From: Minisyncoccota bacterium
GTDB lineage: Bacteria; Patescibacteriota; Minisyncoccia; Phycocordibacterales; UBA2100
NCBI GenBank assembly: GCA_031291875.1
Contig: JARLIE010000112.1
Coordinates: forward strand, 114-64,113
Length of the DNA stretch: 64,000 nucleotides
Direction of reading: 5' to 3'
In this document: positions 44,448 to 54,160 of the stretch, one piece after another
How positions within the stretch are numbered: the first letter of the stretch is position 1
Layout of the letters: each line of letters opens with the position of its first letter
Translations under genes and position numbers: made by a program
Notes under the pieces: generated by a model
Told to the model about the DNA's origin: nothing
Database searches by the model: none
Seen by the model: only the letters and a program-made list of their open reading frames with translations

Positions 44448-45158
44448 TTATTTCTGCGCGTGCGATGCGCGAGTGGACGCCTTCTTGCCGTCCTGAATCG
44501 CTTCGATAACGCGGTCGATCACGTAACGGATCGCGCGGACCGAAGTGTCGCTGCCCGGAATCGGGAAACGAGAAAGGGAGAAATCGCAGTCTGAGCTCGA
44601 GAGCGCGACGACCGGGATACCGAGCTGTTTGGCTTCCAAAACAGCGGTGTGTTCGTGGCGAGAGTCGACGACGAACATGGCGCCCGGCATTTCCGTCAGC
44701 GAGACGAGGCCGCCAAATCGATTGCGAAGTTCTTCGATCTCGCGATCGATCATGAGGCGTTCGCGCTTCGTGTATTTCTCGAGCTGGCCCGCTTCACGCT
44801 CCTTCTCAAGCGTCAAAAGGCGCTCGATTCGCTTGCGGATATTCTTGAAGTTGGTGAGTGTACCGCCGATCCAGCGGCCGGCAACGTACGGCTGTGCAAC
44901 CTGGTGTGCGGCAGATTCAACGAGGGCGCGAGCCTCCGGCTTGCCGCCGACGAAGAGGATGGCCTTGCCAGAACCGGAAACCGAGGAAAGGAAGGTAGAA
45001 GCTGCATCGAGGCGCTTCTTTGTCTCCTCAAGGTTGAAAATATCGGTTCGGTCTTTGGTTCCAAAAAGGAACGGCGCGGCGCTCGGGTGCCTGCGCGCGC
45101 GGGCGTAGCCGAAGTGCACGCCGGCGTCGTAGAGTTCTTGTACGTCTTGAACTGACAT
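44448..45158 (-). CDS. rpsB: 30S ribosomal protein S2
   Basis: LYDAGVHFGYARARRHP, LFVGGKPEA and the S2 fold. rpsB-tsf operon. Confidence 0.92.
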   Translation of the reverse strand: MSVQDVQELYDAGVHFGYARARRHPSAAPFLFGTKDRTDIFNLEETKKRLDAASTFLSSVSGSGKAILFVGGKPEARALVESAAHQVAQPYVAGRWIGGTLTNFKNIRKRIERLLTLEKEREAGQLEKYTKRERLMIDREIEELRNRFGGLVSLTEMPGAMFVVDSRHEHTAVLEAKQLGIPVVALSSSDCDFSLSRFPIPGSDTSVRAIRYVIDRVIEAIQDGKKASTRASHAQK

Positions 45159-45181
45159 AAGTGCGCCGCAATATACCAAAA

Positions 45182-46165
45182 TCACTCTTCTTCTGCAACC
45201 GCCTCGCCTCCCTGGGCTTTTGCGAGAGCTTCCAGGATCGGATCGAGACCTCCGTTCATGATTTTCGGGATGTTGGACCAGGACTCCTTGATGCGGTGAT
45301 CAGTGATGCGATCTTGAGGGAAATTGTAGGTACGAACCTTCTCTGAGCGATCGCCAGTGCCGATTTGCGAGGAGCGGTCGTCCGCTCGTTTGCGATCCTC
45401 TTCCTCGTCTTTCAGCAACTGCAATTTTGATAGGAGACGCGACATGGCGAGCTCTCGATTTTTCAACTGAGAACGCTCGGATTGCGAGCGGACATCGATA
45501 CCGGTCGGCTTATGGATAATGCGCACAGCTGTTTCCACTTTGTTGACGTTTTGTCCGCCGGCGCCGCCTGAGCGCGAAGTCTCGATTTCGAGATCGGAGG
45601 GATTGATCTCAATTTTCGAACGTTTATAGATCGGCAAAATGGCGACGGAGGCCGTCGAGGTGTGAATGCGACCAGCCTTTTCGGTGGCGGGGACACGCTG
45701 CACGCGGTGCACACCCGTTTCGTAGCGAAGAATGCGGTAACAATCAGGGCCTTTGATCTCGAATTGCGCCTCTTTGTAACCGCCCAATCCGGCGCGAGAC
45801 TCATCAATCGGTTTGACCGTCCAGCCCTTGAGCTGAGCGTATTTCGTGTACATTTGCGCGAGTTCTTCGGCAAAGAGCGACGCCTCGTCCCCGCCGACGC
45901 CGGCGCGAACCTCGAGCACAATTTCGTTGGGCCATTCGCGCTCATTGGGATCGCCGATTATCTTCGTCAGCTGCTCCAGCAGCGCCTGTTTCTGCTTGTC
46001 GATATCGTCGATTTCCTTGTCGGCGAGCTCCTTCATCGTAGGGTCAACCTCGATGAGTTCCTGCGCGTCTTTTTCAGCTTGCAGGAGGCGTTTCCATTCT
46101 TGAACGAGAAACGAGACGCGGTGATCGTCCGCGTAGTCTTCGGGATTGAGCAGCAATTCAGCCAT
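45182..46165 (-). CDS. prfA: Peptide chain release factor 1
   Basis: PAT tripeptide ([14 protein letters not shown]) and GGQ ([17 protein letters not shown]). TATACT lies 6 nt before the ATG. Confidence 0.9.
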   Translation of the reverse strand: MAELLLNPEDYADDHRVSFLVQEWKRLLQAEKDAQELIEVDPTMKELADKEIDDIDKQKQALLEQLTKIIGDPNEREWPNEIVLEVRAGVGGDEASLFAEELAQMYTKYAQLKGWTVKPIDESRAGLGGYKEAQFEIKGPDCYRILRYETGVHRVQRVPATEKAGRIHTSTASVAILPIYKRSKIEINPSDLEIETSRSGGAGGQNVNKVETAVRIIHKPTGIDVRSQSERSQLKNRELAMSRLLSKLQLLKDEEEDRKRADDRSSQIGTGDRSEKVRTYNFPQDRITDHRIKESWSNIPKIMNGGLDPILEALAKAQGGEAVAEEE

Positions 46166-46214
46166 ACAAAAAGTATAACGCAGCGGCCCCAAAGGGGCCG
46201 CTGCGAAAGAGTCG
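46166..46214 (-). terminator. Strong hairpin terminator CGCAGCGGCCCCaaaGGGGCCGCTGCG plus TTATACTTTTTGT
   Basis: A 12-bp perfect GC-rich stem after rpmE. Its T-rich tail overlaps the -10-like TATACT of prfA. Confidence 0.6.
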
Positions 46215-46475
46215 TTATTTCTTGGTCGTTTTCTTAGCGGCGCGGGCGCGGAATTTCTCGACGCGGCCGGCAGTATCGATCGTCTTTGCGGTGCCCGTGT
46301 AGAACGGGTGCGAGGCGGAGGAGATTTCCACCTGGAAGAGCGGGTATTCTTTGCCGTCCTCCCATTTGTCCGTGCGTTCAGTCTCGATCGTAGAACCGAG
46401 CAAGAAGCGCTTCCCAGCCGTCACATCCTCAAAGATGACGAGGCGGTAGTTTTCCGGGTGAATGTCCTTTTTCAT
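46215..46475 (-). CDS. rpmE: 50S ribosomal protein L31
   Basis: [10 protein letters not shown]...HPFYTG is the bL31 signature. Promoter-like TTGCAA-17-TATAGT lies 9 nt before the ATG. Confidence 0.9.
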   Translation of the reverse strand: MKKDIHPENYRLVIFEDVTAGKRFLLGSTIETERTDKWEDGKEYPLFQVEISSASHPFYTGTAKTIDTAGRVEKFRARAAKKTTKK

Positions 46476-46548
46476 AACGCGCGAACTATACCGAAAACCA
46501 AGCAGATTTGCAACTTTAGGCGCAGGTCTCGCAACTTACGGTAATGTA

Positions 46549-47085
46549 TCAGCGGTATATTCTGAAAACTTCCCTAGTATCCTGTTCAAAGCCGGACAAA
46601 GGTAACACTTTGGCCGGCTCTTTTTTATAAAATTGAACTCGATACATGAAAATAGTCGTTGGCGGACAAGCGCGACTAAGCCGGTCTTCAAACTCTCGTA
46701 TGAAATCTCTCGGCAAATAGATATTTTTGTATTCAGCCGGTTCGTCTAAGTGATCCAGAAAATTCCCCCATACGAACTTTGGTTTATTTCTCTTAAACAA
46801 GCATCTACCTTTGGCCACCAGGTGCCGAAAAAGACTTTTCTCTATGGCGGTGATATGCAATGTCGGGATCGCCGCCTGCATCCGTATCGCCATAGTTCCA
46901 TAGCAACTTCCGAGGTCGTAGAATCTCCCGTTTGGATTACCGTTCCGAAGGATGTCTTCCGTGATTAGCTGCACCGCTTCGGGAGAGGTTTCAAAGTCTT
47001 CGTCATCGAAGATCAGGTTGTAAATCACTCCTATCGCGATTCCTAGTGCTACGAGCAAGCCGACGATGATCAAAACAAAGGTCAT
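46549..47085 (-). CDS. Membrane-anchored putative class I SAM-dependent methyltransferase (178 aa; alternative start 47115)
   Basis: N-terminal TM helix. FYDLGSCYGTMAI resembles the SAM motif I (hhDLGxGxG), and LHITAIE resembles motif II. Confidence 0.35.
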   Translation of the reverse strand: MTFVLIIVGLLVALGIAIGVIYNLIFDDEDFETSPEAVQLITEDILRNGNPNGRFYDLGSCYGTMAIRMQAAIPTLHITAIEKSLFRHLVAKGRCLFKRNKPKFVWGNFLDHLDEPAEYKNIYLPRDFIREFEDRLSRACPPTTIFMYRVQFYKKEPAKVLPLSGFEQDTREVFRIYR

Positions 47086-47115
47086 GTGCGGGATGATACT
47101 AGATACCGACAGCAA

Positions 47116-48426
47116 TCAACAGGAAATAATCGGCGACGTACTCTGCACGCCGTTGATAACATCGATTTGTTGCTGCATTTTCTGGGTGAGACACATAACG
47201 TCGTTTCCGTAGAATGCGAACGAGGGATTTCTATAGTTACTGCCGGCGAAATATTTGAGAGCTGCCGTTCGTTCCGCCGAAGCAGTTCCGGCTCCTGCGC
47301 CCAAATCTCCCATATAGAGCGCGGTTGCGAAAGTAGCCGTGCGAGGATTCCACGGATTCGGCGGGTTTTGGCCGCTCGCGCTTGCGATACGGCTTTGGTA
47401 GAGCACCCACGTCGAAGGAATAAATTGAGCCGGTCCCATCGCACCTCCCCACCCGTAAGACGGCTTACAGGAGACCTTTTCTGAAGAAGGATCGAGGCCG
47501 AGCTGTGACATGACCTGCAAATACGTCGGAATATTGGTCGGATTCATGGCAGTCGTATAACTGCAGTTACCGACGTTTTTACCGAGATCGCTTTCTTCCG
47601 AAAGAATACCCATGATAAACGCGGGCGGAACGCCGGTGACGCTGCTTGCATCTTTGGCGTAGTTATAAATGTCGCCGAACGAGGTGCTCGAGTTACTGTC
47701 GCGCAGGGAGAAGAGCGCCTGCTCGATTTGCTTCGCGTTTTGTTGCTGGTTGGCGATGAGCTGCTGGTAGAGCGATTCCTGTCCTTTCGTTTGTGCAATA
47801 AGGTTTTGCTTTTGCTGTTCGGTATTCACAAGAGAATCTGCCTGCGCCTGCTGTGCTTGCAGGAGCTGGCTCGCCTGCTCGTTCTCGGCTTCCAGGGTTT
47901 GCTCGCGAGTCGTAAGATCAGTCTTCTGGCTTTGTAGTTGGGTGAATGAGTCACCGAGCGCGGTTTGTATAGCCTGAAAATCGCTAACCTCAGAAAACGC
48001 GGCCGGTAGCGAGCCTTGGAGAAGTTGGATAGCAAGCGGCGTTTCGTTGATCTCGTTCGTTTCGCGCATTATTTGGGCAAGCGAGTCTTGGCCCGCTGAT
48101 ACCTTCGAATTGACGGTCGAGATGCCGGATTGCGCCTGCCCGATCTGATCCTGCAGCTGCTGAATCGTCAGATTGCGCTGTTGAATTTCGAGCTGCGCCT
48201 CTTTAATCTGGGAATCGAGGATGGCGACCTGATTTTCGAGTGTCGCGCGAGCCTGTTGTTGGAGCGCGAGTTTTGATTGGTTTTGCGCGATTTCCTGGTT
48301 GAGCTGATCAAGCTGCGCCTGCAGCGCGGCTTGCTGAGCAGCAGTATTGGCTGCCCACGTGTAGGACGGTGTTATGACGACCATGGCACATGCAAATGCC
48401 GCAAAAAAACGAGCGCGTATGCGCAT
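47116..48426 (-). CDS. Secreted coiled-coil protein with a C-terminal lytic transglycosylase (SLT/MltB-like) domain
   Basis: Signal peptide MRIRARFFAAFACAMVVITPSYTWA. A ~250-aa Q/L-rich coiled coil. C-terminal AFIMGILSEESDLGKN...GWGGAMGPAQFIPSTW (GAMGPxQFxPxTW is an MltB-family motif). Confidence 0.55.
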   Translation of the reverse strand: MRIRARFFAAFACAMVVITPSYTWAANTAAQQAALQAQLDQLNQEIAQNQSKLALQQQARATLENQVAILDSQIKEAQLEIQQRNLTIQQLQDQIGQAQSGISTVNSKVSAGQDSLAQIMRETNEINETPLAIQLLQGSLPAAFSEVSDFQAIQTALGDSFTQLQSQKTDLTTREQTLEAENEQASQLLQAQQAQADSLVNTEQQKQNLIAQTKGQESLYQQLIANQQQNAKQIEQALFSLRDSNSSTSFGDIYNYAKDASSVTGVPPAFIMGILSEESDLGKNVGNCSYTTAMNPTNIPTYLQVMSQLGLDPSSEKVSCKPSYGWGGAMGPAQFIPSTWVLYQSRIASASGQNPPNPWNPRTATFATALYMGDLGAGAGTASAERTAALKYFAGSNYRNPSFAFYGNDVMCLTQKMQQQIDVINGVQSTSPIISC

Positions 48427-48466
48427 ATGAGTAGTACAAGTGTAGCACGGAGAATCTTGCTGCGGC

Positions 48467-48625
48467 GGAAATTCCGGTACCGCTATTTTGCAGGCAGACA
48501 AAACTCGCCCGCGTTTATTATTTCGAACTAACGGCAACGCTATTCCAATGGGTTGTACTCGTATACCCGAACCGCACTGTGCTCGAACAGTTGTCGTCCT
48601 GCAAAATAGCAGTACCGGAATTTCC
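48467..48625. repeat. 28-bp near-perfect inverted repeat (1 mismatch) flanking a 103-bp core; MITE-like element or long regulatory stem
   Basis: Left arm GGAAATTCCGGTACCGCTATTTTGCAGG (~48467-48494); right arm CCTGCAAAATAGCAGTACCGGAATTTCC (~48598-48625). It lies between ctc and the MltB-like gene. Confidence 0.65.
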
Positions 48626-48626
48626 G

Positions 48627-49268
48627 TTATTCCTTGCTCTCTCCCGCACCTTCTGCGGGTTCCGCAGGTTCTGCGCCTGCAACTTCAGCCGGAGCGACAG
48701 GTGTCGGAGCAACCGAGAGGTCTTCTTCGTGGAACTCAGTGACGGAGGCGACGATTTCCTCGGCGTCCGTCTTGAGCTCCGCCGAAGGCGGCAGCGCGAT
48801 TTGCGACGCGAGAATGTGGTCGCCGACGTTCTTGAGCATCGTGAGGTCAACGACGAGGTGTTGCGGGAGCTCCTGCGGAGCGACTTCGATTTCGACTTCG
48901 TGCAATGCCTTCGAGATGATGTGACCGAGCTTCTCAGCCGGCGCTTCGCCCTCGAACTCGAGCGGAATATTGATGGTGATTTTCTTGCCCTTCTCAAGCA
49001 CGTAAAAGTCGGCGTGGAGGAGCTTGCCAGTCACGGGGTGCACCTGCACTTCGTGGATGAGTGTGTCCTTTTCAAGACCTTCGCCCTTGAGGGTCACGAT
49101 GGTCGTCTCGCCTGCTGCACGAAAGACCTGTTCAAACTTGCGAGCATCGACGGAAACCGGGGTTGCCGTTTCGACGCGACCGTAAAAAACTGCCGGGACG
49201 AGGCCCTGCTTGCGAATATCTTCGAGCGATTCTTTCGAATCGCGTGTCTTGACTTCCAAGGTCAACAT
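48627..49268 (-). CDS. rplY: 50S ribosomal protein L25 / general stress protein Ctc, with an acidic Ala/Pro/Glu tail
   Basis: Full-length L25/Ctc: LEVKTRDSKESLEDIRKQGLVPAVFYG... Confidence 0.88.
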   Translation of the reverse strand: MLTLEVKTRDSKESLEDIRKQGLVPAVFYGRVETATPVSVDARKFEQVFRAAGETTIVTLKGEGLEKDTLIHEVQVHPVTGKLLHADFYVLEKGKKITINIPLEFEGEAPAEKLGHIISKALHEVEIEVAPQELPQHLVVDLTMLKNVGDHILASQIALPPSAELKTDAEEIVASVTEFHEEDLSVAPTPVAPAEVAGAEPAEPAEGAGESKE

Positions 49269-49331
49269 GCGCGGGATTATACGGTTTTTTCGCCGATGTG
49301 CAACGGGCGCTCTGCAGGGAGCCTTAGTCGC

Positions 49332-50186
49332 CTATATTCCCCCGAATAATTTTATGAATTTTTCAACCAACTTTTCGACTGCCTGTTCGCCCGGAGCGAT
49401 GTATTTATAGGGAGCGACCTCGTCCGGAAACTGTTGAAGTCCTTGTTCAATACCCTTGCGATAGGCAACGCGAAGGTCGGTAGAAATGTGGATTTCTGCC
49501 GCACCTGCTTTTGCGACAGCGACGAAATCCTCATCCGGCGATCCCGATCCGCCGTGGAGCACGATAGGAAGGCCTGTCGATTGCGCGATTTCCTCGACAC
49601 GCTTCGCGTCGAGCTTTTGTTGCGCGCCACTGCGCAGTACGCCGTGCATGTTGCCAACCGCCGGCGCAATCAGGTCGATACCGGTCTCGCGGGCAAACTG
49701 TGCCGCTTGCTGCGGGTCGGTGAAATCCTTGTCGATGTCCGCAGGCGGTGCATCCAACACCTCTGAACCGGAGCCGATCATGCCGAGCTCGCCCTCGACG
49801 AGCACGTCACGGCCGCAGGCGCGGGCGTAGGCGACGGCTTCGCGGGTCAGCGCCATATTCTGATCGAACGGCAGGTGGCTCGCGTCGATAATGACACTAT
49901 CAAACCCGGCATCGATGGCTTCTTTTATTTTATCGATCGTGTGGGTGTGATCGGCGTTCAAAAAAAGGTTGAGTCCTTCCGCTCGCGCGGCCATCACGAG
50001 CGCCACAGCTTCATGCACGCCGAGCGCCTCGCGTTCGCCTTCGGACACGCCGACAATCGCGGGCATGGCACATGCCTTGGCAGCCTCTTTGACGGCACGA
50101 AATTGGTACGAATCGGAGATATTAAAGTGGCCGATAGCGATGCGCTTACCGCGCGCATCCTCTATTACTTCGCGGAGTGTTTGCAT
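49332..50186 (-). CDS. fba: Class II fructose/tagatose-bisphosphate aldolase (track ORF extended to 50249)
   Basis: IAIGHFN, GVSEGE, LHGGSGSPDED, and His/Glu zinc ligands in the canonical positions. Confidence 0.85.
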   Translation of the reverse strand: MQTLREVIEDARGKRIAIGHFNISDSYQFRAVKEAAKACAMPAIVGVSEGEREALGVHEAVALVMAARAEGLNLFLNADHTHTIDKIKEAIDAGFDSVIIDASHLPFDQNMALTREAVAYARACGRDVLVEGELGMIGSGSEVLDAPPADIDKDFTDPQQAAQFARETGIDLIAPAVGNMHGVLRSGAQQKLDAKRVEEIAQSTGLPIVLHGGSGSPDEDFVAVAKAGAAEIHISTDLRVAYRKGIEQGLQQFPDEVAPYKYIAPGEQAVEKLVEKFIKLFGGI

Positions 50187-50195
50187 GCACAAATA

Positions 50196-50222
50196 GTAGC
50201 ATGCGGGCGGGACTGTTCGTCC
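50196..50222 (-). other. 9-bp perfect GC hairpin (GGGCGGGAC-loop-GTCCCGCCC) between the upstream hypothetical gene and fba
   Basis: Seen in sequence. In the plus orientation it is followed by GTATCTTTTGTTT. It may act as a bidirectional terminator or attenuator. Confidence 0.4.
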
Positions 50223-50245
50223 CGCCCGTATCTTTTGTTTCAAAG

Positions 50246-50674
50246 TCATTCTTGCTGTTTCTTCTCTTTCTCTTCCTTCTGCCGAGCCTTGCGGCGCTTG
50301 TTCCGAGTGCTCGTTTTTCGCAGCTCAAATTCCCCGTTTTCATTTACGAGGCCGATCGTGCGCTGAATCAGGCCCTCATCCCGGTATTCCACCAGAATCC
50401 AGGCCCCTACCGGCAGGTCTTTTGAAGGGATTACCAGCGCTTCATCCGGAATCGTATGATCGATTTCCTCGATCGTGACCCTGCCTGGCGTGACAGCGGT
50501 GACCGAAAACAGCGCGTACTGGTCGACATTCGGCGACTGCATAAATTGCGGTAGGTTCCCCTCGAAAATGGAAACCAACAACCACGGAAATTCGGGTGTC
50601 GGCGTCTCCATCCGAAAGAATACGCGTTGCTTCAGGTTTTTGAACGGCACGCTTTTCGGGATCGGCGTTTTCAT
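50246..50674 (-). CDS. Hypothetical protein (142 aa) with a basic K/R/E-rich C-terminal tail
   Basis: No recognisable domain. Divergent from pfkB. Confidence 0.35.
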   Translation of the reverse strand: MKTPIPKSVPFKNLKQRVFFRMETPTPEFPWLLVSIFEGNLPQFMQSPNVDQYALFSVTAVTPGRVTIEEIDHTIPDEALVIPSKDLPVGAWILVEYRDEGLIQRTIGLVNENGEFELRKTSTRNKRRKARQKEEKEKKQQE

Positions 50675-50752
50675 CTTTGCCTCCTCATGACTTGAATCCG
50701 GCCGGCACTATAGCGCGAGAGGCTGAAAAATCCATGTGGTACCATGAATCGC

Positions 50753-51739
50753 ATGAAATATGATTTCGTCGCGCTTGGCGACATTGTTATCGACGCGTTC
50801 ATCAAGTTAGAAGATGCGGAAGAGTTGGTCGATCACGGCGTGCGTGAACTCTGCGTGCGCTTTGGCGATAAGGTTCCTTATGCCGATGTCACCGAAGTCC
50901 TCGCGGTCGGCAACGCAACCAACGCCGCGGTCGCGGCTCGTAAGATCGGTCTTTCGTCGGCCTTCATAACCTGGCTCGGTAACGACGAGAACGGTAAACG
51001 CTGCCTCGAACAGGTCCGCAAGCAGGGCGTCGCGGACGAATTCGTCACGCTGGAAGACGGTAAAAAAACCAACTATCACTATGTGCTCATGTACGGTCCT
51101 GAGCGCACCATTCTGATTAAGCACGAAGCCTACAACTACCATTTACCGGCGAATTTCGAGCCGCCGAAGTACCTCTACTTTTCTTCCATTTCGGAAAGTG
51201 CGAAAGAATTTCACCATGAAGTCGCGAAGTTTTGTGTCGAACATCCGGAAACAAAGCTCGTCTTTCAGCCGGGAACGTTCCAAATCAAGCTGGGTAAAGA
51301 CGAACTCAAGGATATTTACGCGGTGACCGAAATTTTCTTCTGTAACAAGGAGGAGGCGCAGAACATTCTCGGCACGAGTGAAAGCGACGTAAAGAAATTA
51401 ATGGAAGGCATCCGCGCGCTCGGCCCCAAAATTGTCTGCGTCACCGACGGCCCCAACGGTTCTAACATTCTCGAAACCGACGGAAGCGCCTGGCACATAC
51501 CGATGTATCCGGATCCGGCGCCGCCGATTTCACGCACGGGCGCTGGCGACGCCACGGCCTCGACAACGGTTTCGTTCATCGAGCAAGGACTCTCGGCGCG
51601 CGAATCGTTGATGCGAGGACTCATCAACGCCGCGTCCGTCGTCCAGGGCGTAGGCGCGCAAACGAAACTTCTTTCGAAGGACGAGATCGAAGCTTGGTAC
51701 GCAAAGCGTCCAGCGGAGTTCCAAGCGACTCAATTGTAA
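50753..51739 (+). CDS. PfkB-family carbohydrate kinase (ribokinase-like)
   Basis: N-terminal GG-like (ALGDIVIDAF) and C-terminal RTGAGDATAST (DTxGAGD anion-hole motif). Confidence 0.8.
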   Translation: MKYDFVALGDIVIDAFIKLEDAEELVDHGVRELCVRFGDKVPYADVTEVLAVGNATNAAVAARKIGLSSAFITWLGNDENGKRCLEQVRKQGVADEFVTLEDGKKTNYHYVLMYGPERTILIKHEAYNYHLPANFEPPKYLYFSSISESAKEFHHEVAKFCVEHPETKLVFQPGTFQIKLGKDELKDIYAVTEIFFCNKEEAQNILGTSESDVKKLMEGIRALGPKIVCVTDGPNGSNILETDGSAWHIPMYPDPAPPISRTGAGDATASTTVSFIEQGLSARESLMRGLINAASVVQGVGAQTKLLSKDEIEAWYAKRPAEFQATQL

Positions 51740-51835
51740 AATCCCGAGTTAGCACGCTCTCAAAATGACACCTCCGGGTGTCATTTTGGTTGCTGCGAAA
51801 GTCAAAAAAGAGCTCAGTTGAGCCTTTTTCTATGT

Positions 51836-51863
51836 TTGACAATGTACTATTTTATGCTATAAT
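51836..51863 (+). promoter_or_regulatory. Consensus sigma-70 promoter TTGACA-16-TATAAT for the SleB-like gene
   Basis: Both hexamers match consensus exactly. The 5' UTR contains hairpin CGGAGAatagTCTCCG and SD GGAGGG. Confidence 0.6.
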
Positions 51864-51910
51864 TACCGACGGAGAATAGTCTCCGATTTGTAGCGCGTAC
51901 GGAGGGACAA

Positions 51911-52468
51911 ATGCGGTATATACGTCTGTGGCCGGTGGAGGCAAAACTTCACTCGATCGCGCCGAAATTTACCTGGGCTTGCATCGCCTTCTTCTCGATC
52001 TTCTTCGTGACCTATCTCAGCAAGGTTGAGATCAAAACCAACCAGGCGACGATGTGTCTCGCCGAGAACATCTACCACGAAGGTCGCGGTGAGTCGCTCG
52101 ACAACCAACGCACGATGGGCATGCTCATGCTCGCGAGGATCACCGATCCCGACAAGCAATGGCCGAAGTCGATCTGCGGATCAGCGGCGCAAGACAGAGC
52201 CTACAGCTGGGTGCTCGAATATCGGCTCGCGACAAATCGAGACGAACAGCGAGCGTGGAAAACGTCGCAATCGGTGGCACGCGATCTTATCGAAAACGCG
52301 TGGAGCAAATACAAGCTCCCCGCCGGATGGGAATGCGCTCGCTACTACAAAGTCACGGGGTGGAAGAGCAAATACTTCGCGACGAAGCTTCTTCCGGTCG
52401 GCTCATTCGGCAAGCACACGGCGTACGAAGATCGTAAAGGGTGCCGTATAGCATTGCCGACGAGTTAA
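51911..52468 (+). CDS. SleB/CwlJ-family cell-wall hydrolase (Hydrolase_2)
   Basis: N-terminal TM/signal segment. CLAENIYHEGRGESLDNQRTMGMLMLARI and the downstream NR/W motifs are typical of the SleB catalytic domain. Confidence 0.65.
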   Translation: MRYIRLWPVEAKLHSIAPKFTWACIAFFSIFFVTYLSKVEIKTNQATMCLAENIYHEGRGESLDNQRTMGMLMLARITDPDKQWPKSICGSAAQDRAYSWVLEYRLATNRDEQRAWKTSQSVARDLIENAWSKYKLPAGWECARYYKVTGWKSKYFATKLLPVGSFGKHTAYEDRKGCRIALPTS

Positions 52469-52469
52469 C

Positions 52470-52512
52470 GGCAACGTTCTTTACACAATAGGGTCCGCTT
52501 TCGAGCGGACCC
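52470..52512. terminator. Terminator TAGGGTCCGCtttcgaGCGGACCCTA plus TCTCTATTTTTTAG
   Basis: A 10-bp stem and T-tract after the SleB-like gene (plus strand), convergent with tktC. Confidence 0.65.
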
Positions 52513-52517
52513 TATCT

Positions 52518-53504
52518 CTATTTTTTAGAAATTACTTTTCTCACCGATTCGGTGATTGCAGGCGCGTCGAGTCCATACTCCTTGAGCAATTCCTGCATCG
52601 TCCCCGATTGCCCGAAGCGATCGCGCACGCCGACAAACTCGATCGGCATCGGAGACCTTTGCGCCAACAGCTCCGCGATTGCGCCGCCGAGGCCGCCAGC
52701 TACCTGGTGCTCTTCGACGGTTACGACCGCACGCGCTTGCTGCGCTTCGCGAACGATCGTTTCTTCGTCGAGCGGTTTGATCGTGTGTACGTTGACGACG
52801 GTCGCGCCGATCCCCTGCCCTTCGAGTTCGCGAGCGGCCAGAAGCGCTTGAAAAAGAAGTGGTCCTGTCGCGAAGATAGCGACCTGCGGTGCGTCGTTTT
52901 TCCAAACGACATTCGCTTTTCCGAATTCAAAAGGCGTTTCTGTAGTCGTCATCAAGGGCGTTTTTTCGCGGCCCAAACGGATGTACGCGGGACTCTTGGT
53001 TTGTGCGATCGCAATCGTCGCCTTGCGCGCTTCTTCGGCGTCGCACGGCGATACAATCGTCATATTGGGTTGCACGCGCATCAGTGCGATGTCTTCGAGC
53101 GCCTGGTGCGTCGCGCCGTCCGGCCCAACGGAGATACCTGCATGCGAACCAACCACTTTCACCGGCTGCTCGTTGATGGAAACGGTCGTGCGGATCTGCT
53201 CATTATTGCGACCGGGCGAGAATGTCGCGTATGACGTAATGAAAGGGATTTTGCCGAATGCCGCCATGCCGGAGGCGACCGTCACGAGATTTTGTTCGGC
53301 AACACCGATCTCAACGAACCGTTCGGGAAATTTCTTTTTGAATTCTTCCATGCGGGTCGATTCCGTAAGGTCGGCGCACAGCGCAACGATACGCGGATCA
53401 TTCTGTGCCGCTTCCACTAACCCACTACCAAAACCATCGCGCGTCGGCTTTTGCTCTTTTGCCTCGAAGAGGTCTTCCCGGAGTTTCTGTTCAGGATTCA
53501 ACAT
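52518..53504 (-). CDS. Transketolase, C-terminal subunit (track ORF 52518..53861 is an upstream extension)
   Basis: Pyrimidine-binding and C-terminal domains (GFGSGLVEAAQNDPRIVALCADL, VGVAEQNLVTVASGMA, GSHAGISVGPDGATHQ). Confidence 0.85.
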   Translation of the reverse strand: MLNPEQKLREDLFEAKEQKPTRDGFGSGLVEAAQNDPRIVALCADLTESTRMEEFKKKFPERFVEIGVAEQNLVTVASGMAAFGKIPFITSYATFSPGRNNEQIRTTVSINEQPVKVVGSHAGISVGPDGATHQALEDIALMRVQPNMTIVSPCDAEEARKATIAIAQTKSPAYIRLGREKTPLMTTTETPFEFGKANVVWKNDAPQVAIFATGPLLFQALLAARELEGQGIGATVVNVHTIKPLDEETIVREAQQARAVVTVEEHQVAGGLGGAIAELLAQRSPMPIEFVGVRDRFGQSGTMQELLKEYGLDAPAITESVRKVISKK

Positions 53505-53511
53505 AAGATAC

Positions 53512-54159
53512 TTAGCAACCGACCGTAGCGTATTTCCCCATACCGACAAAGACCGCATTGTGTCCGGAGCTGCATTGCCCGTTGGTGACGGTCCCGCAGC
53601 GACCGCTGTAATTGTCGACGTACCCGGTCGGAAAATCGTCCATATTTTCAGGCGTTCGCCAAACCAAGACGCAATAGTCATCCGCTCCGTAGGTGTCTTG
53701 GTAGAGATACCCTGCATCGCCGCCGATGTTTTTGGGATCGGCAAGCGGAGAGATATACGGCGCGAGAACCTGTGAAAGTGTGCCGATTTGTATTGAGCCG
53801 TTGGGCGTCGAGCAAAGTTGCTTCGGCGCATATGCTCCACTATCGAAGCTGCTCCAAACACCTAACGCACCGCTGCAGCTGTAGGGGTAGTGGCCAGTAG
53901 TGGCATGGTAGAGCTCGAGTGCGTTTTGGAACGATCGCATATCCTCAAGCCGTTTCGCGTCGCGAGATTTGTAGCGACCATTATTTAGGCTCGCGAGAAT
54001 AATGCTCGCAAGTAAACCGATGAGCGCAATGACGACCAAGAGTTCGATGAGGGTGAACCCCCGTTCGAGCGAGGTGATCGTGAGCTTTTTTGCAAGACGA
54101 ATATCAGATTCATTGACGTTTGTCGCAAAATTCCTCGAGAGAGTCTTCATAAAATCCAT
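53512..54159 (-). CDS. Type IV pilin / pseudopilin-like protein with a long leader (prepilin signal ...LERG|FTLIELLVVIALIGLLASI)
   Basis: N-terminal methylation/cleavage motif GFTLIEL followed by a hydrophobic helix. Four Cys in the C-terminal domain. Located between the tktN and tktC genes with 1-7 nt gaps. Confidence 0.75.
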   Translation of the reverse strand: MDFMKTLSRNFATNVNESDIRLAKKLTITSLERGFTLIELLVVIALIGLLASIILASLNNGRYKSRDAKRLEDMRSFQNALELYHATTGHYPYSCSGALGVWSSFDSGAYAPKQLCSTPNGSIQIGTLSQVLAPYISPLADPKNIGGDAGYLYQDTYGADDYCVLVWRTPENMDDFPTGYVDNYSGRCGTVTNGQCSSGHNAVFVGMGKYATVGC

Positions 54160-54160
54160 A

